NCBI GenBank assembly: GCA_044869275.1
Contig: JBIOXB010000040.1
Coordinates: 1-13,525 of the forward strand
Direction: 5' to 3'
Source: a bacterium
GTDB lineage: Bacteria > Zhuqueibacterota > Zhuqueibacteria > Zhuqueibacterales > Zhuqueibacteraceae
Length of the DNA stretch: 13,525 bases
Shown here: positions 1 through 6,481 of the stretch, piece by piece
Numbering within the stretch: position 1 is the stretch's first letter
How the letters are laid out: each line of letters opens with the position of its first letter
Notes under the pieces: generated by a model
Database searches by the model: none
What the model was told of the DNA's origin: nothing
Seen by the model: the letters and a program-made list of their open reading frames with translations, nothing else
Translations under genes and position numbers: made by a program

Positions 1-45
1 GCGTTATTCAGCCGCAACATCATGCTCGCGGCCGCCAGAATCTGA
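1..45 (+). CDS. 3' end of an upstream CDS (ALFSRNIMLAAARI*), possibly a DDE transposase C-terminus
   Basis: Frame 1 is open from base 1 to TGA at 43-45. The hydrophobic-x-R-N-I helix resembles IS5/IS1182/ISNCY transposase C-termini, and an IR-like sequence follows at 108-127. Only 14 codons are visible. Confidence 0.3.
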   Translation, partial: ALFSRNIMLAAARI

Positions 46-107
46 TCCAAGTTTGTCAAAGAACGATAGCCCTCGTCGGGCCAGACCAGTTTTAGATGTC
101 ATCAAAT

Positions 108-127
108 GGGTTTTTCAGCAGCCCCTA
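108..127. mobile_element. Possible right terminal inverted repeat of an IS (IS5/IS1182-like)
   Basis: GGGTTTTTCAGCAGCCCCTA shares the TTTTTCAGCA core and terminal CTA with the right end of the element at 5915-5932. No partner end is in the window. Confidence 0.35.
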
Positions 128-433
128 CTTCTGAGCTTGCCCGCGCAGCCGTCGCTCAACCACAGCGTTGAGATTCTGCGGAACGAAGGTCAATCATGCT
201 ATCCTGTAAATCCTGATGGGAGTATATGCGCCTTGGTCGAGGTTATTGTATAAACCGAAGCGGGTTGAACAAGTTTTGCCGCTAACAGGCCCTTGCTTTT
301 CATAAATTTCTTTTCAATTTTCTGGCCAGGTTCAATGCGCCATACACTTTGCCAATTGACGTGTTATTCAAAGCTGAAATACTTGCCCATGCGCATGCAA
401 TAATAGTGGGCCATAACCACGAAGCGAACCAAT

Positions 434-1126
434 ATGTCTGCCGCCAAACATCTCAACATCAAGCTCGCCGAGTATGATCGCCGCATCCGTACCTTCATTC
501 CGAATTACGAAGAAATGTTGAATGAAGCTGCATCGCGGCTGCGCTCGCTGAAGAAGCGGCAGCCGGTTCTTGTCGATTTGGGCATTGGCACCGGCGCGCT
601 GGCAGCCAGGTGCCTAGCCATTCAGCCGCAGGCGCGGTTGATCGGCATCGATGCCGATGCTGACATGCTGGTCTGGGCGCGGCGGCGGCTGCGTCGCAAC
701 GGCCACCGCCAGCCGGATCTGAAGCAAAGCGATTTTCTCGAGCTCGAATGGAACCGATGTGACGCCGTGGTGAGCTCCCTGGCATTGCATCACATCGCCG
801 CCCCGGCCTCCAAGAGGAATTTTTATGCCCGCTGTTTTGCTGCTTTGCGCCTCGGTGGGATTTTGATTCTTGCCGATTGCATGCCCTCACAAGACCGCCG
901 GCTCGCCACACAAGAGTTTGAATTGTGGGAGGCGCATCTGCGCCATACCTATACTCCGCGGCAGACGCGGGGCTTTTTCAAAGCTTGGGCCCGGGAGGAT
1001 TCGTATTTCAGTTTGCCGGAGGAGATGGCGATGCTGCGGAGCGCGGGCTTTGGCGTGGAAGTGGCTTGGCGGCGCGGTCTATTTGCCGTGCTTTGGGCAT
1101 ACAAACCGCGCTCAAAATCGAAATGA
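434..1126 (+). CDS. Class I SAM-dependent methyltransferase (CmoA/Methyltransf_25-like), 230 aa
   Basis: Motif I VDLGIGTG, acidic residue after beta2 (GIDAD..ML), DAVVSSLALHH, and L..GG.L...D. Confidence 0.9.
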   Translation: MSAAKHLNIKLAEYDRRIRTFIPNYEEMLNEAASRLRSLKKRQPVLVDLGIGTGALAARCLAIQPQARLIGIDADADMLVWARRRLRRNGHRQPDLKQSDFLELEWNRCDAVVSSLALHHIAAPASKRNFYARCFAALRLGGILILADCMPSQDRRLATQEFELWEAHLRHTYTPRQTRGFFKAWAREDSYFSLPEEMAMLRSAGFGVEVAWRRGLFAVLWAYKPRSKSK

Positions 1127-1944
1127 ATCGCCGGCAATTTTTGCATCGCGCCTCAGCCCTGGCGCTGGCCGTGCACGGAGGATTCGCCTTGCGAGGCACG
1201 AAAATCGCAACTGCGCGGAGCGGCAATAACGCCACGCCGCGGCTGCTGCGCCTCCGGCTGCTCACGGCTGCGCCGCTGGCAAATATGAAATCGTTCTATC
1301 ATGAACTCCTGGGCTTGCCGTTGGTCGAAGAAAAAGCGGGGGAATTCACCGTCGCCGGCGGCCTAACCGCAGTAACATTCGCACAAGCGCAACCAGCACA
1401 CGGCGAACCCTTTTATCACGTTGCCTTCAATATTCCCGAGAATAAAATCCTGGGCGCGCTCGATTGGCAAAAGCCGCGCACGCCGCTGGATCGCATCAAT
1501 GCCAATCTCCGCGATCCGGCATTGCCCGAAGACGTGGTGCATTTCCGGCATTGGAACGCGCATTCGATTTTCTTTTGGGATCCGGCGGGGAATCTCATCG
1601 AGTACATTGCGCGGCACGATTTGAAAAACAGCGCGGCAGGACCGTTTACTGTGCAGGACATTCTTTATGCCAGTGAAATCGCATTTATCTCGGAGGAGGT
1701 TACCAACACCGCTCTGGCAATGAGAAAGGCTCTCGGGCTGGAACAATATCGCGGCGGCGACGACAACTTCCGCGCACTCGGCGATGAGCACGGCCTGCTG
1801 CTCGTGATCATCCGCGGGCGGCGCTGGGGATATGAAGAGAAGGCGCCGCCCACAAGCATCTTTCCCACCTTTGCCGAAATTCGAGGTTCGCAAGCGGACC
1901 AATACGCGGTGCCCGATCATCCGTATGAAATTGTGGTCAGATGA
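1123..1944 (+). CDS. VOC/glyoxalase-bleomycin-dioxygenase family protein with Tat signal peptide, 273 aa
   Basis: The true start is probably ATG 1123, which overlaps the upstream stop (ATGA), not 925. N-terminus MNRRQFLHRASALALA carries a twin-arginine motif. VOC motifs: FYHELLGL, PFYHVAFNIPENK, SIFFWDPAGNLIEYIARH. Confidence 0.85.
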   Translation: MNRRQFLHRASALALAVHGGFALRGTKIATARSGNNATPRLLRLRLLTAAPLANMKSFYHELLGLPLVEEKAGEFTVAGGLTAVTFAQAQPAHGEPFYHVAFNIPENKILGALDWQKPRTPLDRINANLRDPALPEDVVHFRHWNAHSIFFWDPAGNLIEYIARHDLKNSAAGPFTVQDILYASEIAFISEEVTNTALAMRKALGLEQYRGGDDNFRALGDEHGLLLVIIRGRRWGYEEKAPPTSIFPTFAEIRGSQADQYAVPDHPYEIVVR

Positions 1945-1967
1945 ATTGGCTGAAAGAGGCTGAATAT

Positions 1968-2010
1968 TGTTGAGGGGGTGTGTTGTTGCCCAACCCCCAG
2001 CATTGTTTTG
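1968..2010 (+). terminator. Possible intrinsic terminator
   Basis: Imperfect stem TGTTGAGGGGGTG / CAACCCCCAGCA followed by TTGTTTTG, about 25 bp after the VOC stop. Confidence 0.35.
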
Positions 2011-2125
2011 ACAGTGCCAAACACTATTCTTCTTCCCTTCATTTTTCTGCCTATGCAGTTTAGGACAAACGTTATTTGAGCATCGCAGACGAATCCCGTG
2101 GATTTCGTCAAACTCGTGCTCGTGG

Positions 2126-2207
2126 CGATTAGCGCTTGACGATTTGCGATTTCAGAAGTTGATGAATCCTTCGTAAATCGACGATCGCAGTTCGTCAATC
2201 GTAAATC
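2126..2207. repeat. Two degenerate heptamer arrays in inverted orientation
   Basis: 2126-2153: CGATTAG CGCTTGA CGATTTG CGATTTC. 2171-2205: TCGTAAA TCGACGA TCGCAGT TCGTCAA TCGTAAA. The arrays are approximate reverse complements (e.g. TTGACGA / TCGTCAA). Confidence 0.7.
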
Positions 2208-2232
2208 AAATCTTCACGGTAAGGAGACAACC

Positions 2233-4623
2233 GTGTTCAAGAATTTCATCAAGCTTTCCCTGCGCAGCATGGCGAGAAACAAGGTGCATGCGCTGATCAA
2301 CGTCGCAGGTTTGTCGTTGGGACTCGTCGGGGCGCTCGTGATCTTCATGATCATCCGTTACGAGCTGAGCTTTGATGCGCATCACCGCGAAGCGGATCGC
2401 ATTTTTCGCCTGGTGCGCACCAGCCATGAATTCGGCCAAACCATGCACACGCCCGGCGTGCCCTATCCTCTGCCGCAAGCTTTGCGCACCGATTTCCCGG
2501 AAATCGAACACGTTGCCATCGTCGACGCCAACTTTACGCCCTCCGTGTTCGCCATAAAGCGCGACGACGGCTCCATCGCGAAATTCAAGGAAGAGAAGGG
2601 TGTGGCCTTTGTCGATCCGGAATTCTTCGGGATTTTTAGTTATCGCTGGCTGCATGGCGATCCGGAGCGCGCTTTATCCGCTCCCCAGTCAATGGTCATC
2701 TCGCGGGGAATCGCGGAGAAATTTTTCGGTCAGGAAGATCCCATGGGCAAGCGCGTGATTTATGACAACCGCCACGAAGTGCAAGTCACCGGCGTCGTGG
2801 CCGATGCTCCCGCCAACAGCGATCTTCCTTTGAATTTGCTCATTGCCTACGATCATAAAGAAAGAGGCAACGACAATTGGGGAAGTATCTCCAGTGGGAC
2901 CCAATGCTATCTTAAATTGCCCACCCGCATCGACCCCAAGGAAATTGAAAGCCGGCTCGGGGGGTTCTTGCTCAAACATCAAAAAGAAGACGAAGCGAAA
3001 ACCGTCACGATGGCGCTGCAACCCCTGCGCCGCCTCCATTTCGATACCCGCTTCGGCACGTTCGGCGGCCGAACGATTGCCAAATCCACGCTGTTGGCGC
3101 TGGGTATGATCGGAATACTCCTGCTGCTCACGGCCTGCATCAACTTCATCAACCTCAACACTGCGCTGGCCGTCAAACGCTCCAAGGAAGTGGGCGTGCG
3201 CAAGGTGCTCGGCGGCACCAGACCCCAACTCGTGCTGCACTTTCTCGCCGAAACGGCGACCGTGATGCTGTTGGCGATTGTGGTCTCCTTGGCGCTGGCG
3301 GAAATCGTGCTGGTGCGGTTGCAATCCATGCTGGGATATCGCCTAGAGTTGCATCTGTTCGGCGATGCTGTCCTTTCGATCTTCCTGTTGGCACTATTGG
3401 TTTTGGTCACCGTCAGCGCCGGTTTTTATCCGGCCATGTACTTATCAGGTGTCGACGCGAGCACAGCGCTGCGGAATAAGCTGACCACCCGTTATGGTGA
3501 AGGGCTGCCGCTGAGGAAAGGCCTGGTGCTCATTCAGTTTGCCATTTCACAGGCACTGATTATTTGCACCATCGTGATCAGCAGCCAAATGGCCTACTTT
3601 CAGAAAGCGGATATGGGATTCAATCGCGAAGCCATGGTCGAGGTGGAACTGCCGGCTAACGAACGGGAGAAATTGGCGCGACTCAAAAATGAGCTTTTGC
3701 AGCACACCGCGATCAAGCACGTCAGCTTCTCCAACACCGGCGCGGCCTCGGGCAACAAGTGGACGGGCAACTATGCCTTGCGCGACTCCGCCGAAGTCAA
3801 AGAAGGACGCACCAATCTCAAATTCATCGACCACGATTACATTGCGACCTACGAGCTGAAGCTGTTGGCCGGCGAGGGCATGGCCTCGACCGATACACTG
3901 AAAAAGTATATTGTCAACCGAACATTCGCCGAAGAAACGGGATATGGCGACAACCTCGAGGGGCTGTTGGGAAAATACCTCAAGATTTGGGGACAGGAGG
4001 CGCCGATTGCCGGCGTGGTCAATGATTTCCACACGAGCTCGCTGCATCAAAATTTGGAGCCGGTGGTCTTGTTGATGCGACACAACTATTGGCAGGCCGG
4101 CATCAAAATCGATTTGCAGAACATGAAAGGCGCGCTGGCAGCCATCGAGCAAGCCTGGTCGTCCGTTTATCCCGACTACGTTTTTGGCTACACTTTTCTT
4201 GATGAGACCATCGTCAAGTTCTATGGAGACGAGCAGAAAACGGCACGGCTGATGAACATTTTTACCGTAGCCGCCATCATCATCGGTTGCCTCGGGCTGT
4301 TCGGCCTGGTCTCTTATATGGCGGCGCAACGCACGAAAGAAATCGGCATTCGCAAAGTGCTGGGCGCGACCCTTAAGGATATACTGTCGCTGTTCTCCAA
4401 GGAATTTGCCCTGTTGCTCATGCTCGCCTTCGCGCTGGCCGCGCCGGTGGCCTATTACTTCATGCAAGCCTGGCTTTCCGATTTCGCCTATCGCATCGAG
4501 TTGGGCATGGGTATTTTCATAATGGCGCTCCTGGCGGGATTTGGCATTGTCCTGTTGACGATCGGGTACAAATCCGTTGCCGCCGCACTGGCGAATCCGG
4601 TGGAAGCGCTGAGGTATGAGTAG
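2233..4623 (+). CDS. ABC transporter permease, duplicated MacB-periplasmic/FtsX type, 796 aa
   Basis: GTG start with AAGGAG RBS at 2221-2226. Family motifs: INVAGLSLG, ACINFINLNTA..KRSKEVGVRKVLGG, LRKGLVLIQFAIS, IGCLGLFGLVSY.AAQRTKEIGIRKVLGA, and C-terminal ANPVEALRYE. Confidence 0.95.
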   Translation: MFKNFIKLSLRSMARNKVHALINVAGLSLGLVGALVIFMIIRYELSFDAHHREADRIFRLVRTSHEFGQTMHTPGVPYPLPQALRTDFPEIEHVAIVDANFTPSVFAIKRDDGSIAKFKEEKGVAFVDPEFFGIFSYRWLHGDPERALSAPQSMVISRGIAEKFFGQEDPMGKRVIYDNRHEVQVTGVVADAPANSDLPLNLLIAYDHKERGNDNWGSISSGTQCYLKLPTRIDPKEIESRLGGFLLKHQKEDEAKTVTMALQPLRRLHFDTRFGTFGGRTIAKSTLLALGMIGILLLLTACINFINLNTALAVKRSKEVGVRKVLGGTRPQLVLHFLAETATVMLLAIVVSLALAEIVLVRLQSMLGYRLELHLFGDAVLSIFLLALLVLVTVSAGFYPAMYLSGVDASTALRNKLTTRYGEGLPLRKGLVLIQFAISQALIICTIVISSQMAYFQKADMGFNREAMVEVELPANEREKLARLKNELLQHTAIKHVSFSNTGAASGNKWTGNYALRDSAEVKEGRTNLKFIDHDYIATYELKLLAGEGMASTDTLKKYIVNRTFAEETGYGDNLEGLLGKYLKIWGQEAPIAGVVNDFHTSSLHQNLEPVVLLMRHNYWQAGIKIDLQNMKGALAAIEQAWSSVYPDYVFGYTFLDETIVKFYGDEQKTARLMNIFTVAAIIIGCLGLFGLVSYMAAQRTKEIGIRKVLGATLKDILSLFSKEFALLLMLAFALAAPVAYYFMQAWLSDFAYRIELGMGIFIMALLAGFGIVLLTIGYKSVAAALANPVEALRYE

Positions 4624-4694
4624 CGGAGGGCTGAGGGCAGAGGGCAGAGGGCTGGGAGCAGAGGGCTGGGGGCAGAGGGCTGGGGGCTGAGGGC
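4623..4694 (+). repeat. G-rich tandem heptamer, 10 copies of GCWGRGG
   Basis: GCGGAGG GCTGAGG GCAGAGG GCAGAGG GCTGGGA GCAGAGG GCTGGGG GCAGAGG GCTGGGG GCTGAGG GC, beginning at the last base of the permease stop codon. Confidence 0.92.
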
Positions 4695-4969
4695 TTCGAG
4701 AAGAATGCTGAGAGCTTCGATCATGAAGCGGAGGAGAGGATCTGCTCTATGAGACAAAATCTCGAAACCTCGTTTTTTCAGCAAAATGTCCCGGCGACTC
4801 TCGCTGGTTTCGGTGAATCTCTGTGGCAGTCTTGACCGCCAGGTGCCATCGCGAGCACCGCGTCTCACCGCATAGGACTCGTGCACGATTACCTTTGAAC
4901 AAACACACCGACTCCCTCGTCCCTACCGAGAACACTCGCCATGAAGTGTGGATGGTATTGAGCCATTCT

Positions 4970-5599
4970 TCAAAGGCGGGCGCTGGATTTGCTTATTCTT
5001 GCGGTTAAGGAGATGAGCCTCAGCATGCCTAGCGGGCTGGAGTATTTCTTGTTGATGTTCGCAAAACCAGCTTCCGCCAGACAGTTTTCCAATTCACTGA
5101 ACGAAAACATTTGCTCGTATGGATGCGCCAGGACTTTTTTCCACAATAGTCCGGGGAATCCCGAAAATGATTCGATGGCGAGCTCTTCCAGCAATAAATA
5201 CCCACTATCCTTAGAGACGCGCGCGAGTTCGAGAATACAATCATGCCAATTGGGAACGTGGTGAATGATTCCAAAGTCAAAGATAACGTCGAATGAATCA
5301 TCCGGATAACCCAATGCGGCAGCGTCCATCACCCTAAAAGTGATGGAGTGATCGTCATTCCTTTTTTGAGCGATACTAATCATTCGTTCGTCCAGATCAA
5401 TGGCATCGATGCGCACGGGCTTAAAGTACTTTTTGATCAGACACGTTCCTGCACCAGTACCGCAACCGATTTCCAGGGCATGGTGAAAGCAGGTGTTGAT
5501 CGTAAGCATTCTACGCAAGATGGGAATCTCATAGCTTTCCTGGATCACTGGCCGGACCGGATTGTTCATCAAAAGGAACTCAGTTTTGTTCAGGATCAT
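4970..5599 (-). CDS. Class I SAM-dependent methyltransferase (Methyltransf_11-like), ~209 aa
   Basis: Motifs ALEIGCGTGAG, AIDLDERMI, MDAAALGYPDDSFDVIFDFGIIHHVPNW. The likely start is MILNKTEFLLMNNP at 5599, which has purine-rich sequence upstream; 5635 is the alternative. Confidence 0.85.
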   Translation of the reverse strand: MILNKTEFLLMNNPVRPVIQESYEIPILRRMLTINTCFHHALEIGCGTGAGTCLIKKYFKPVRIDAIDLDERMISIAQKRNDDHSITFRVMDAAALGYPDDSFDVIFDFGIIHHVPNWHDCILELARVSKDSGYLLLEELAIESFSGFPGLLWKKVLAHPYEQMFSFSELENCLAEAGFANINKKYSSPLGMLRLISLTARISKSSARL

Positions 5600-5780
5600 T
5601 TCCTGGCCTTTCTTTTGGTTTGATGCTTCCGGCATTGATGAATTCGTGACCTTAAGTTAATCTCTCGCGACCGTGCAAGCAAGAAACTACTGCCCGGGCG
5701 CATAAATCTTCCGAGTATTGCCCCGAACTATTTTTGAATCCTTTCTACGGCTCTGGGCTAAACTAATGCAGCCGTGCTCG

Positions 5781-5931
5781 AGCAGGATGCTGAAAAACTC
5801 TTTTTGATGTCATACCCGTCCCGCCGTTGCGGGAGGTATCCAGAAAACGCGATGAAATCGTGGATTCCTCCCGCAGCGGCGGGACGGAAATGACAAATCC
5901 GGTCAATTTGAAACTTTTTCAGCATCCTGCT
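5781..5931. mobile_element. Non-autonomous MITE-like element with nested inverted repeats
   Basis: Perfect 17-bp terminal IRs AGCAGGATGCTGAAAAA (5781-5797) and TTTTTCAGCATCCTGCT (5915-5931). Inner 35-bp IR at 5808-5842 / 5861-5895 (31/35 match). No coding capacity. Confidence 0.75.
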
Positions 5932-6315
5932 AGTTCCGTTGCTTCCCGCAACCCAGCTAAGTACACCACTTCATAATTACGATGACACGAAAACGATTGT
6001 GAGTACTCATATCAATAGCTTTTGCACCATGAAAACTCCGCGCCAAATTCTTGAAATAGAGCTGTAAATTATGGCACTCATGGAAAGCCTAATTTGGTTT
6101 CTTCTTTCTAGAGTCGAAATATTCGTCCTGCACACACTATTTTACTAGAATTTTTCCTATGAAGATTGACTTGACGATGAAATTCACGCTGCAAAGCGGC
6201 GATGAATTCTTGAATCCAGCAACAAGGTTCGAAATTTCATACTAACGGATTCTTCTTTTGATCGATATGGGGCAAAAACTTTTGGGAGAATTTTATTAAA
6301 TATTTGTAACAACAC

Positions 6316-6344
6316 TTGACATTAAAATTCGAAATCATTACTGT
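6316..6344 (+). promoter_or_regulatory. Putative sigma70 promoter of the RHS locus
   Basis: Perfect -35 TTGACA (6316-6321), 17-bp spacer, -10 TACTGT (6339-6344), with AT-rich sequence upstream. Confidence 0.55.
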
Positions 6345-6481
6345 CAGCTTAACCTGACTATTGGGAATCAATCCGCCGCCAGGGGAAGGTGGGACAGGGT
6401 GCACCGCCATTGGGTTCTTCTCGCTTCCTCTCTTCTTCTCTTTCTCACAATTCTCTCACTTCTCACTTACAGGAGTATGCC

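Noticed and set aside
53..253. 66-aa ORF
   Set aside because: TTG start, no clear RBS, no motif, and it spans IR-like and repeat sequence.
925..1122. 5' extension of the VOC ORF (339 aa version)
   Set aside because: It overlaps the methyltransferase by about 200 bp. ATG 1123 gives an ATGA coupling and puts the Tat motif at the N-terminus.
2008..2036. TTGACA as the permease -35
   Set aside because: No acceptable -10 at 16-18 bp spacing.
2206..4467. Minus-strand ORFs within the permease (e.g. 2689..3324, 3547..4467)
   Set aside because: Antisense shadows of a well-supported gene.
4488..4886. 132-aa minus ORF with a PSAPSPLLPALCPLPSAL stretch
   Set aside because: It is a translation of the heptamer repeat and overlaps the permease 3' end.
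5940..6470. Riboswitch, tRNA or CRISPR array in the long intergenic region
   Set aside because: No recognisable aptamer consensus (c-di-GMP-I checked by eye), cloverleaf or repeat-spacer periodicity. An Rfam scan would be needed to exclude these fully.
6389..6481. 5' extension of gene 1 (1526 aa version)
   Set aside because: It is a Ser/Leu low-complexity translation of the pyrimidine tract. GTG 6482 has an AGGAG RBS and starts a signal peptide.
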